A stretch of 40,000 nt of DNA, from assembly GCF_004799685.1 (NCBI RefSeq), contig NZ_CP031311.1:2371355-2411354 (forward strand), read 5' to 3'. Every line of letters starts with the position of its first letter. Position 1 is the first letter of the stretch. Below the pieces are notes generated by a model. It was not told the origin of the DNA. It ran no database searches and was given only the letters and a program-made list of their open reading frames with translations. The DNA is from Halobellus limi. GTDB taxonomy: Archaea > Halobacteriota > Halobacteria > Halobacteriales > Haloferacaceae. The position numbers and the translations under genes are program-made. Shown here one piece after another: positions 16,760 through 25,860 of the stretch.

Positions 16760-19700
16760 CTATTCGCGCGGACACGCCCCCGTCGGCGTGACACAGCGCG
16801 GTCCCGGCGACGGATCGCTCCACGCGACGGACCGCTCGTCGGTGTTGCCGTCGGTGTCGCCGACGCCGAACTTTCCGGGCGGCACGACCGCGATGGCGAC
16901 CGTTCGCACGCTGAACTGCACCCGCCTGCTCCGCCCCAGCGACTCCGCGACGCCGTCTCCGTCGACGTCGAGGTCGGCTTCGGAACCGTCGCGGACGTAC
17001 GTCGTCTCGCCGCCCTCGACGCCGACGGCGAAGCGGCCGTACGCGCCGCGGGACTCGACGATCCAGAGGTTCGCCGTGGCGACCCACGGGCTGAGCGTCG
17101 GCGAGATCGGGAGGCCGGCCGGGATCGCGCCGACGGTGCCGTTCGTCGCACGGGAGATTCCCTCTTCGGTGGCGCGCTCGGCGGCGTCGGTCGCCTCCCG
17201 CTCGACGAACTCCCGCGTCGAGGAGACGGCGTCGTCGACGGCAGATTCGGGGACGCGAACGCGCTCGGACGTCGCGACGCGCCGGAGATCGACCCGAAGC
17301 GCGACCCGAATTCGATCCCGGGCGACCGGCGAGGAACCGTCCCGTCCGTCCGACCGCGCCTCGACCGCGACGGCGGCCACCTCGCGGGCCAGCGACCCGT
17401 CGGTGGCCGCGACCGCGCGCTCGCCGGGACCGTCGAAACGGGCGAACGAGCGGTCGACGATCCGTCTGCGCTGGTTCCGATCCAGCGACGTCTCCCGGGC
17501 GAGCGTCCGCGTCGCCGCCGCGCGGACGTCCCCCATCGAGCCCTCGACCTTCGTTTCCAGGACGTCCCGGCGGGCTTCGAGCGTCTCGTCGGGGTGCGTT
17601 TCGAGCGTCCGGTCGGCGGCGACGAGCGCCTGGCCGGCCGTGTGTAGCGACACGCGTCCGGGGTCGCCGAACAGCGTCCGCGTGACGAGGTCCGCGGCGT
17701 CGCCGTAGGGGACGCTGAAGACGTTCACGTTCCTGACCGCGAGGCCGACGTACCGTTCCCCGTCGGCGACGCCATCGACGAGCGTCCCCTCGACGGGGTC
17801 GGGCGCGAGGTAGGCGGGGTCGCCGTCGGGGATCAGCGTCGTCTCGCCGCGAGCGCCCTCGGATCCGCCGAAGTCGGTCCGCGGCGACGGCGCGTCCGGC
17901 GTGAGCTTCGCGAGGTCGTTCACCCGCGAGGCGGCGAGTCCCCTCGCGTCGAGCGCGCGGTCGATGCCGGCGTTCTGCGCGCGCGTTCGTCCGGCGCGCG
18001 CGTCGAGACCGGCGAGTACCTGATCGAGGTACGCGGCGCGAGCGGCCACGCGGGTCCGGTCGGCGACGCCGTCGTACCGGTTCGGGGCGTCGACGAGTTC
18101 CGCGCGCCGGTCGCGAACGAGCGCGGCCAGGCGCGCCGCACCGTTGGCGTGACCGGTCGCCGCGTCGCTGGCCTCTACTTCGATCGAGAGGTCGCGAACG
18201 CGGCCGCGGAGGTCGGCGACGTCGGCGTAGACCCAGGGTTCGAGGTCGGCGGGGCGGTCACCGGTGATCGTTCGCGACGCGCTCGTCCGGCCGCCGGTCA
18301 CGGCCCTGCGAGCGACGGTGTCGGGGCCGCCGAGGTCCGAGACGAGCGTTCGACTCACTTCTCCCGCCTCCTGCAGGTTCGGCCCGCCGAGCGCGCCGCC
18401 GGATTCGAACAGCGGTCGGACGGGTCGCGTCGGTGCCGCGCTCCCGGGGAGTCGGCCGGTGCCCGTGATCCGAACGCGGTGGACGTCGCGCCACGACGCG
18501 GTCGTCGTCCGCGGCGTCTCGTTGACCTTCACCCACGTCCGCTCGACCCGCCACCGCTCGGTGACGCGTCTGGTCGCCGAGTAGAGCCGTCGCTCTTCGG
18601 TCCCGGTTCGGGAGACCGAACGCGTGCTCCCGCCGCCGCTCACGGAGACATCCTTCGAGACATCGGAGAACACGAGCGTCCAGTTCTCACCCGGCGCGCG
18701 CGGCGAGGGGCGGCGCTCGTTTCTGATCGCCCGAGTGCTGGCCCGAACCGAGACGCTCGCCCGATACCCGTCGCGCCGGATCGAATCGAGGCTCGCTGCC
18801 CCGCTCGCTCCCCGGAGGAGTTCCAGGAACGCCTCGTCGGCCGTCCCGTTGACGCCCACCGAGACGGTTTTCGTCGCCGGGAGCGCGCCGGACTCGGGCG
18901 TTTCATCCGAACGCTCGGCCGCGTTCGGGTCCGGGAGTTCACCGGTGACCGCGGAGACGACGTGGCCGTCGGCGTACGGGTCGAGGACGTCGGTCACGCC
19001 GGTCCGAAGCGTCGCCGCGCGGACGCCGGCAGCCGCGTCGGGGTCGCTCCGTCCGAAAGCGGCCCGCTGAGCGTCGAGCAGTCCGGCGTTCGTCGAGAGC
19101 GCGACGTGGCGGTTCGCGACGACGTTCGAGATCGGCAGCCCGCCGTACTGGCCGAGCCCGCGGGCCTGCGCCATCGCCGTGACGCCCACCGTCGTGCGGC
19201 GGGCGAGCCCCGGCGCCTCGATCGGCCCGGCGTCGAGTCGCTTCTGGAACGCGTCCGTTCGGTCGTGGAGCGCCAAGGCGGGGACGCCGACCGTGACCGT
19301 CCGGTCCACCCGACGCGCGTCGAGCGGCCGGCCGTCCCGTTCCACGGTCAGTTCGAGGTCGTAGAGCGTGACCCGGAGTTCGGTCCCGTCGTCGACGCCC
19401 GCGATCGAGACGCGATCGATCGCTTCGGACGCGCTCTCGACCGACTCGCCGAACGACGCGCGGGCCACGCTCGCTCCGCGTCGGTGTTCGACGGGGACCA
19501 TCGCCTCGCGCGCGGCGAGGAAGATCCGAAGTCGGAGATAGCGGCGGAAGGTGTCCGGGCCGTCGAGTGCGCGTCCGGCCTCGGTGTCGGCCGCGACCGT
19601 GACCGGATCGCGCGCGGCGGCCCTCGCGGCGTCGCGAGCGGCGACTCTGAGCGCGGCGGTCGCCTCGGCGTCGACGCGGTCGGCGGCGACGTCGGCCGAG

Positions 19701-19822
19701 CGGTCAACGGGCGCGACCCCCGGCGTCGCGAGCGACACCGCGAACGTCGAACTGGCGACGAGGAGCAGCACGCCCACCAGCGCGAACGGGACCCGGCCGC
19801 GGTCGTCCTCCGCGAGCCGCAT
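16760..19822 (-). CDS. Large (1020 aa) uncharacterised extracellular/anchored protein, last gene of the type-IV-filament-like block
   Basis: Start set at the ATG at 19822, which overlaps the upstream TAA by 1 nt (TAATG). The N-terminus MRLAEDDRGRVPFALVGVLLLVASS resembles an archaeal class III (prepilin-like) signal, D-R-[GA]-x-x-P followed by a hydrophobic helix. I recognise no other domain. There are two Cys near the C-terminus. Confidence 0.8.
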   Translation of the reverse strand: MRLAEDDRGRVPFALVGVLLLVASSTFAVSLATPGVAPVDRSADVAADRVDAEATAALRVAARDAARAAARDPVTVAADTEAGRALDGPDTFRRYLRLRIFLAAREAMVPVEHRRGASVARASFGESVESASEAIDRVSIAGVDDGTELRVTLYDLELTVERDGRPLDARRVDRTVTVGVPALALHDRTDAFQKRLDAGPIEAPGLARRTTVGVTAMAQARGLGQYGGLPISNVVANRHVALSTNAGLLDAQRAAFGRSDPDAAAGVRAATLRTGVTDVLDPYADGHVVSAVTGELPDPNAAERSDETPESGALPATKTVSVGVNGTADEAFLELLRGASGAASLDSIRRDGYRASVSVRASTRAIRNERRPSPRAPGENWTLVFSDVSKDVSVSGGGSTRSVSRTGTEERRLYSATRRVTERWRVERTWVKVNETPRTTTASWRDVHRVRITGTGRLPGSAAPTRPVRPLFESGGALGGPNLQEAGEVSRTLVSDLGGPDTVARRAVTGGRTSASRTITGDRPADLEPWVYADVADLRGRVRDLSIEVEASDAATGHANGAARLAALVRDRRAELVDAPNRYDGVADRTRVAARAAYLDQVLAGLDARAGRTRAQNAGIDRALDARGLAASRVNDLAKLTPDAPSPRTDFGGSEGARGETTLIPDGDPAYLAPDPVEGTLVDGVADGERYVGLAVRNVNVFSVPYGDAADLVTRTLFGDPGRVSLHTAGQALVAADRTLETHPDETLEARRDVLETKVEGSMGDVRAAATRTLARETSLDRNQRRRIVDRSFARFDGPGERAVAATDGSLAREVAAVAVEARSDGRDGSSPVARDRIRVALRVDLRRVATSERVRVPESAVDDAVSSTREFVEREATDAAERATEEGISRATNGTVGAIPAGLPISPTLSPWVATANLWIVESRGAYGRFAVGVEGGETTYVRDGSEADLDVDGDGVAESLGRSRRVQFSVRTVAIAVVPPGKFGVGDTDGNTDERSVAWSDPSPGPRCVTPTGACPRE

Positions 19823-20766
19823 TATCGAGCCTCCGACGTCGGAGACTGCGGTCCCGCCGGAGACGGCGACCACGTCCGGACGACGATTCTGACGGACGAA
19901 ACCGAGACGGCCTCGGCGGCGGCCGCCGGGGCGTCGTACCGGGCGCGCAGATCCTCGGTGAATCGCGGGGCGAGCGCGGCCGCGATCCGCTCGTTCGCCG
20001 CCTCGGTGTCCTCGGTGGCGAGCGGCTCCGCGAGGGACGCGTTGGTCTCCGTTTCGAGGCGGGCGTATCGGTGACGGACCAGCGCGGCGGCCGGGTCGTC
20101 GCCGCGGAGCGTGATGCGAGCGGGGCCCGCGGGGACGAGCACGGCAACGGTCCGCTCGGCGACGGCCGCACCCAGGGAATCGAAGTCTCTCGCCGCCGAC
20201 GCGGGAATCGAGTCGACGCCCGTGGGGACGACGAGCGTCGCGGCGTGAACGCCGTCGGCCGGCGGCTCCGGACCGACGCCGACCGCGCCGCCGACGGGTG
20301 CGCCGGGGTAGGGCTGCCAGGTGGCGTCCACGCGAACGGACGAGCCGGTTCGTGCCCGAACCGCGTCCTCGACGCCGTTTCGGAACGACGCGCGGGTGCG
20401 CGTGAGCGGCGGGACGGCGGCGGGACCGGCCGTCGCGTTCGCGTCGACCGTCGCCGCCGAGTCGATCCCGCTCGTCGTCGTCGCCGCGCGGGCGAGCAAT
20501 CCGGCGAGGCTGCCGTGGGCCGTCCGGTCCAGTTCCGGCGAGTCGAGTGCGATATCGGGAGCGTCGGAGGTCGTCTCGTTCGCGGCCATCCCGCGCACGC
20601 CGGGGGCGAGCGAGTAGTCGACCTGCGCCGTCGTCGTCGCGAGGGCGTCCGCGACCGCGTCGGCCTCGCCGGCCGTCGCGGGCGGGGACTGCTCGACCGT
20701 GACGAGACCGACGACGGCCGCCGAGACGAGGAGTAAGAAGACGACCGCGTCGATGGCGACGTTCAT
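19822..20766 (-). CDS. Uncharacterised N-terminally anchored protein (314 aa)
   Basis: N-terminus MNVAIDAVVFLLLVSAAVVGLVTV, a TM helix directly at the start. The rest is A/T/D-rich and looks soluble. Its stop overlaps the next start. Confidence 0.75.
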   Translation of the reverse strand: MNVAIDAVVFLLLVSAAVVGLVTVEQSPPATAGEADAVADALATTTAQVDYSLAPGVRGMAANETTSDAPDIALDSPELDRTAHGSLAGLLARAATTTSGIDSAATVDANATAGPAAVPPLTRTRASFRNGVEDAVRARTGSSVRVDATWQPYPGAPVGGAVGVGPEPPADGVHAATLVVPTGVDSIPASAARDFDSLGAAVAERTVAVLVPAGPARITLRGDDPAAALVRHRYARLETETNASLAEPLATEDTEAANERIAAALAPRFTEDLRARYDAPAAAAEAVSVSSVRIVVRTWSPSPAGPQSPTSEAR

Positions 20767-20797
20767 CGCCGCACTCCGACGTCGATCGCTCTCCGGT

Positions 20798-21256
20798 TCA
20801 TCGCCACACCCAGACGTCGAGCGTTCCCCAGACGACGTCTCCGTCTCCCGTCGCGACGCTCACCGGACGCTCGGCGTGGTTGACGGGGACGCCCGAAGAC
20901 GCCGGCGGGTGACGCCGGTTCGTCCACGTTCCCGTCGGCGTCGTCACCGCGACCGCGACGCGGTAGCCGTCGGGGACAGCCGGTCCCGCGCTCGGCAGGC
21001 CGACGGGCGAGACCACGCCGCCCTCGCTGACGTCGTCGTACACCCGTTCGAGCGTCGGCTCGGCCAGCGCGTTCTCCGTCTCGTCTGGCGTCACGGCGCC
21101 CAGGGTCGTGGCGTACAGCGAGAGGCCGGTACAGACGGCAAAGAGCGCGATCAGGGCGACGACGGGAGTCGTCTGCGCCCGTGAGGTACCGTCGTCGATC
21201 CGGCAGCGAGCGACGGCGCGCCGCCCGGCGGACTCACGCGTCGACGAGGACGACAT
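20798..21256 (-). CDS. Pilin-like small protein with a class III-type signal motif (start uncertain)
   Basis: The segment ...SRAQTTPVVALIALFAVCTGL matches [KR]-[GA]-Q followed by a hydrophobic helix, as in archaeal prepilins/archaellins. The ATG at 21256 overlaps the upstream gene by 23 nt. Confidence 0.7.
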   Translation of the reverse strand: MSSSSTRESAGRRAVARCRIDDGTSRAQTTPVVALIALFAVCTGLSLYATTLGAVTPDETENALAEPTLERVYDDVSEGGVVSPVGLPSAGPAVPDGYRVAVAVTTPTGTWTNRRHPPASSGVPVNHAERPVSVATGDGDVVWGTLDVWVWR

Positions 21257-21713
21257 TCACTCCCTCCCAGGAGAGGCGGCGGACGATCAGCGTGCGGTCC
21301 ACGGTGCGCCAGGGGGCGTCGCTCGCGTCCGCCCGGGCGTCGACGACGGCCTGCCTGAACGCCTCCGGCGAGTCGAAGGCTCGTTCGGGGGGCGTCCCGT
21401 AGAGGACGTCGCGCAACGGCGATCCCTCGGTCGGAACGGGCGTGACCGGCCCGAACGACAGCGTCGCGTGCGCCGTTCCCGAGTCGGACCGGAGCCCGAT
21501 CCGGCGCGTCCCGAGTCTGATCTCGTCGGCGTCGAGCGGGTGTTCGCCGGTGGCCGCGTACTCCGCGGCGGCGACCCGATCGACCGTCGCCCCGGCGGCC
21601 CCCGCGTCCGGCGGCGGTGCCGTCGGAAGCCCGGCCGCCGCGCCGACGAGCGCGACGCCCGCGAGCGACAGTCCGATCCAGCCGTACCACGCGTCCACCG
21701 TGAGTTCGAACAT
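21234..21713 (-). CDS. Uncharacterised N-terminally anchored protein (159 aa), first gene of the distal sub-operon
   Basis: N-terminus MFELTVDAWYGWIGLSLAGVALVGAAAGL. A TATA box lies 22 nt upstream of the ATG, implying a leaderless mRNA. Confidence 0.75.
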   Translation of the reverse strand: MFELTVDAWYGWIGLSLAGVALVGAAAGLPTAPPPDAGAAGATVDRVAAAEYAATGEHPLDADEIRLGTRRIGLRSDSGTAHATLSFGPVTPVPTEGSPLRDVLYGTPPERAFDSPEAFRQAVVDARADASDAPWRTVDRTLIVRRLSWEGVNVVLVDA

Positions 21714-21743
21714 AGCCCCCCTGGTCCCGCCTCCGTATATAAA
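21714..21743 (-). promoter_or_regulatory. Leaderless promoter P1: TTTATATA-N6-CGGGACCA-N8-ATG
   Basis: Minus strand reads tttatata cggagg cgggacca ggggggct ATG. The TATA box is at 21736-21743, with exactly 22 nt to the ATG at 21713. Confidence 0.65.
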
Positions 21744-21785
21744 GGCTCGTCCCGGAATCGTCGAGGAACGGCCGTCAAATCCACC

Positions 21786-23546
21786 TCAGAACAGCATCGA
21801 CGCGCCCAGGAACGCGACGAGATACGTCGCCGTCGCCGCGAGGAGTGCCAGGCCGATCCGGTAGCCGACGAGCGTCCGATCGAGACCGCGGTCCAGCCCC
21901 GTCGCCACCGCCGTGAGGACGGCCGCGAGCGCGAGGACGTACACCCCGACGGCCGTCCCGAGCGTCGACGGGGAGAGCGTCGCCGCCCCCGGGGCGGCCG
22001 ATCCCGCGAGGGAGGCGCTCTCGGCCGCCGTCGCCCCCGACGCGGCCATCTGGGTGGCCATCGCGACGGTCGCGCCGCCGACGAGCGGGCCGAAGAGCGC
22101 CGCCGTGTGGCTCAGCGTCCCCGTGATCGCCGCGAGTTCGCGTCGCGCCTCGTCCTCGACGCGTCGGAGTTCGGTGAGGTGATCCGCCAGACGCGTGAGC
22201 GTGTCGCCGGCCGGCCGACCCTCCTCGGCGGCGACCGCGAGCAGCGACGCGGTGGCGCGACCCCGGCGGCTCGGGAGGTGTCTGAGCGCGCCGTACTCGC
22301 CGAGGAAGGCGCGGTACACGCCGACGCGGAGTCGACGCTGGACGCCCGAGGCCGACTCGAACAGCTCGCTGGTTCGCCCGGTCGTCGCTGTCGCGGCCGA
22401 TCCGATCGCCGACTCGACCGACTCGCCGGCGCCGACGCGGCGCCCGACGACCGCCGTCGCGTCCGCGAGTCCGCGCTCCGCCTCGTCGACCCCCCGTCGG
22501 ACCGCGGCCATCGGGCGGAAGTGGACCGTAAGCGCCGCGCCGGTCCCCGCGCCGACGGCACCGACGGGGGCCGCCCAGGCGGCGACGGCCGATCCGACCG
22601 CGAATCCGCAGACGGCTCCCACCACGCCCGCCGCGAGCGCCCGCGTCGGGCCGGACGGGACGTCGGGGTGGGCGGCCGTCACGCGGGGTGGCGCGAGCGC
22701 GATGGGGCGTCTGAGGAGGAGCCACGCGCCGGCACCGATCAGGCCGGCCGGGAGCAGGACGTCGTAGAGGACGACGAAGGCGGACGCGGGAACGGTTACG
22801 CCGCCGGCGCGCGCGGCGGGCAACACGCCGACGAGCGCCAGCGGGAGGAGGACGCCGAACGCGTAGATGCCGCTCGCCGGGCCGCGAACGTCGCCCGCGA
22901 ACTCGGCCATCTCGGTGCGCGCGCCGTCGAGAACCGTTTCCAGCGCGCGGTCGAGCGCCGCGTCGCGCTCGTCCGGCGGTGCCTCGACGGCGGCCGACAG
23001 GAGCGCGACGGACCGTTCGAGCGCGGGGAACCAGGGCCGCCACTCCGCGGCGAAGGCGTCGAGGCCGGCGGTCGGTCCCGACCGGGTCCGTTCGGCGTGC
23101 GCGCCGAGGCTTCGAGCGAGCGGTCCCGTCCCCGTCCGTGCGGCGAACGCCGCGGCGCGCTCGGGAGTCGCTTCGAGGCGGAGACGCAGCGCCGCGCGGG
23201 CGACGAGGCCGGGCGCGTCCCCCAGCGCGCGGGTCCGGCGAAGCGTCGCGGCGGCGACGGGGAGGCGGTGAATCACGTGCGTCGCCCCGAGGCCGATGCC
23301 GGCGGCCGCCGGCATCGACGCCGCGACGGGGAGCCCCGGAAGACCGACGAGGAGGGCACAGAGGGCCAGGACCGCGACGGGGACGGCGGCGACGTAACCC
23401 GCGCGGACGACGGTGTCGGCCCGGAGGTCGCTGTCGAGAAACGCCAGCGAGCGGTGGAGTTCGGCCGTCGACTCGACGTCGTTCGGGTACCAGCGGGCCA
23501 GCGACCGCGCGGTTCGGCGGAGTCGAGTCGCCGTCGACGAGGTCAT
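21786..23546 (-). CDS. PilC/TadC-like polytopic membrane protein (type II secretion system F family)
   Basis: 586 aa from the ATG at 23546, which overlaps the ATPase stop by 1 nt (TGATG). It has multiple hydrophobic helices separated by soluble helical domains. Its position directly after a secretion ATPase is the standard arrangement. Confidence 0.8.
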   Translation of the reverse strand: MTSSTATRLRRTARSLARWYPNDVESTAELHRSLAFLDSDLRADTVVRAGYVAAVPVAVLALCALLVGLPGLPVAASMPAAAGIGLGATHVIHRLPVAAATLRRTRALGDAPGLVARAALRLRLEATPERAAAFAARTGTGPLARSLGAHAERTRSGPTAGLDAFAAEWRPWFPALERSVALLSAAVEAPPDERDAALDRALETVLDGARTEMAEFAGDVRGPASGIYAFGVLLPLALVGVLPAARAGGVTVPASAFVVLYDVLLPAGLIGAGAWLLLRRPIALAPPRVTAAHPDVPSGPTRALAAGVVGAVCGFAVGSAVAAWAAPVGAVGAGTGAALTVHFRPMAAVRRGVDEAERGLADATAVVGRRVGAGESVESAIGSAATATTGRTSELFESASGVQRRLRVGVYRAFLGEYGALRHLPSRRGRATASLLAVAAEEGRPAGDTLTRLADHLTELRRVEDEARRELAAITGTLSHTAALFGPLVGGATVAMATQMAASGATAAESASLAGSAAPGAATLSPSTLGTAVGVYVLALAAVLTAVATGLDRGLDRTLVGYRIGLALLAATATYLVAFLGASMLF

Positions 23547-25756
23547 CAGGGGCCTCCGCGGCGGCCCCGGTCGCACGCGTCGGGTGTCGTCAGCGCGGCC
23601 GTCGCGAGGCGGTCGAACCGACCCGCACGTCGTTCCAGTCTCTCGAGGAGGGCGCCGTAGGACTCGTCGTCCCGACAGGACCGCTCGAACACCGCGCTGT
23701 CGCCCCGTTCGACCGCCCCCGTCGACCGGAGCGCGCCCTCTCGGCGTTCGAAGAGGGGAACGAACGTGGCGTCGTCGCCTGCCGCTCGCACCTCCTCGAC
23801 GGCGGCGACGTACCGGGAGTCGCCGTCGCGCGCGCAGGTCACGACGAGGTCCGTCGCGCCGAAGGAGGACGCCGGGACCCCGAGGTCCGAGACCACGCGC
23901 TCTCGGACCGCGGCCGCGGAGTCGCCGTGGATCGTCCCGAGCACGGCGTGGCCGTGCGCGCCGACGCGCATCGCCTCGTAGAGCGACCCCGCCTCCTCGC
24001 CGCGGACCTCGCCGACGACGAGCGCGCCGTCGCCCAGTCTGAGCGCGGCGCGGAGCGCCGCAGTCGGCGAGAAACCCCCGCGGCCGCAGCCGTTCGGTCC
24101 GTTCCTCCGGTTCCCGCTCGCGCCGCCTCCCGCCCCCGCCCCGACGTCGGTGTGCAGTGCCTGCACGTCGCGGCCGTGTTCCCGAAGCGCGTCGACGGGC
24201 AGTTCCGGCGTGTCCTCGATGCTGACGAGCCGGGTCGCCGCCGGGAGTTCCCAGAGCAGCGCGCCGAGGAGCGTGGTCTTGCCGGCCCCTCGCGTACCGG
24301 CGACGATGGTCGCCGCCCCGCGTTCGACCGCGAGCGAGAGGAACGCCGCGGCCTCGGCGGGGAGCGACCCGACGGAGACGAGGCGGGGCAGCGTCCAGGC
24401 GTCGTCGTCGCGGGCGCGGAACGCGAACCCGACGCCCTCGCTCGCGGGGGCCGTCACGCCGGCGACCCGGATCCGCCGGCCCGTCTCGGCGACGACGGAT
24501 GCGTCGAGCGTGGGCGAACTCCGGGAGAACGCGCGTCCGCTCTCGCGCCGGAACCGCGAGGCGAGCGACGCGGCCCCGTCGGGCGTCAGCCGGACGTTCG
24601 TGGGAAGTCGCTCGCCGTCGACGACGACCCGGACGGGCGTCTCAGTCACCGGCGCCGAGACGACCACGTCGGAGACCCGCTCGTCCGCGAAGAGGTGCTC
24701 GAAGACCCCGAGGCCGTGGGTGTGGCGATCCAGAACCGCGGCGAGCGTCTCCGTCGGATCGTCCGGGTCGGCGACGCGCCGCACGGCGCGCCCGGCCGCC
24801 CGCGCTCCGCCGCCGACCGACCCCTCGGCGAGTACCGCATAGGCCGCCGCGAGCGTGGCAGTCGCGTCGGGTTCGAGATCGTGCGCGACCGGAGAGAGGT
24901 GGTAGACCGCTCCCTCCGACTCCCGGCCGTCGTAGATCCGCGCGGTCGCGCCGGTCGGGAGCGAGGTCGTATCGCGGAGCGAGCGGGCCGGCGGCGGACG
25001 ACGGGAGACCCGGGCCCGGGAGACGACGGGACCGACGAACGCACGGAGCGCGACTTGGTAGGGGTCCGGATCGGGGTCACCGGCTCGGGGCTCCACTGTC
25101 GTGGGGCCGACGGATCGATCCCCGCCGTCCGGAACGCGATCCCAGACGCGGTCGGCTCCCGCGGCGAGCCCGGACTCGGCCGCGATCCGCGCCAGCGCTC
25201 CCGCGCGTCCCGTCGCCCGACGCGCGGCCGCGAGCGGATCCGAGCGGGCGCGGTCGGCCAGCGCCTCGTCGTGGAACCGCGCCCGCTCGGCGAACCGGCC
25301 CGCCGCGAGCAGCAGCCCCACCGCCGCGTCGGCGTAGGTCCGTTCGGTCCCGTCCGATCGCGTTCGGACCGCGTCCACGTCGCGCGCTTCGAGCGACGAG
25401 ACCACCGTCGCCCGGCAGGCCGGACTCGACGCCAGGTCGCCGTCGCCGGGACACGCCGACGCGTCGACGACGAGCTCGTGGCGGTCGGTGATTCCGGTCC
25501 CAGCGGGCTGTTCGACCGTCGGACGGCAGCGACACGCCCCGACGGCGGGTACATCCGTCTCGCTCGTCTCACCCTGGGAATCCCCGCCGGTGGCGAGTCC
25601 GAGCGCGGCGGCGAAACCGGCGACGGAAGACGGGAGATCGGCGATCGCGGCGTCGAAGTCGGTGAACGCGTTCGAGCGGTCGGCGAGCGCGGGGACGGCG
25701 CGCGCGGGCGATTCGTCGGTGTCCGGTTCGAGAGCGCGGTCGGGGGTGCGTGTCAT
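23546..25756 (-). CDS. Type II/IV secretion-system family ATPase (FlaI/PilB/TadA/VirB11-like) with an extended Cys-containing N-terminal region
   Basis: 736 aa from the ATG at 25756 (MTRTPDRAL). Walker A GTRGAGKTT (residues 488-495), Walker B-like ALVVGEVRGEEA, His box GTIHGDS. The 1085-aa track ORF is an upstream read-through. A TATA box lies 22 nt before the ATG at 25756. Confidence 0.88.
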   Translation of the reverse strand: MTRTPDRALEPDTDESPARAVPALADRSNAFTDFDAAIADLPSSVAGFAAALGLATGGDSQGETSETDVPAVGACRCRPTVEQPAGTGITDRHELVVDASACPGDGDLASSPACRATVVSSLEARDVDAVRTRSDGTERTYADAAVGLLLAAGRFAERARFHDEALADRARSDPLAAARRATGRAGALARIAAESGLAAGADRVWDRVPDGGDRSVGPTTVEPRAGDPDPDPYQVALRAFVGPVVSRARVSRRPPPARSLRDTTSLPTGATARIYDGRESEGAVYHLSPVAHDLEPDATATLAAAYAVLAEGSVGGGARAAGRAVRRVADPDDPTETLAAVLDRHTHGLGVFEHLFADERVSDVVVSAPVTETPVRVVVDGERLPTNVRLTPDGAASLASRFRRESGRAFSRSSPTLDASVVAETGRRIRVAGVTAPASEGVGFAFRARDDDAWTLPRLVSVGSLPAEAAAFLSLAVERGAATIVAGTRGAGKTTLLGALLWELPAATRLVSIEDTPELPVDALREHGRDVQALHTDVGAGAGGGASGNRRNGPNGCGRGGFSPTAALRAALRLGDGALVVGEVRGEEAGSLYEAMRVGAHGHAVLGTIHGDSAAAVRERVVSDLGVPASSFGATDLVVTCARDGDSRYVAAVEEVRAAGDDATFVPLFERREGALRSTGAVERGDSAVFERSCRDDESYGALLERLERRAGRFDRLATAALTTPDACDRGRRGGP

Positions 25757-25786
25757 AGCGCCGGTGGTCCCGTCTCGGTATATAAA
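25757..25786 (-). promoter_or_regulatory. Leaderless promoter P2: TTTATATA-N6-CGGGACCA-N8-ATG
   Basis: Minus strand reads tttatata ccgaga cgggacca ccggcgct ATG. The TATA box is at 25779-25786, 22 nt from the ATG. Confidence 0.65.
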
Positions 25787-25860
25787 CCATCGGGCGGAGC
25801 GTCGCCCGCGGGCGGTCGAGGTCGATTCGAGCGCGCGCCGATTCAGTCCCGAGCGCCGGT

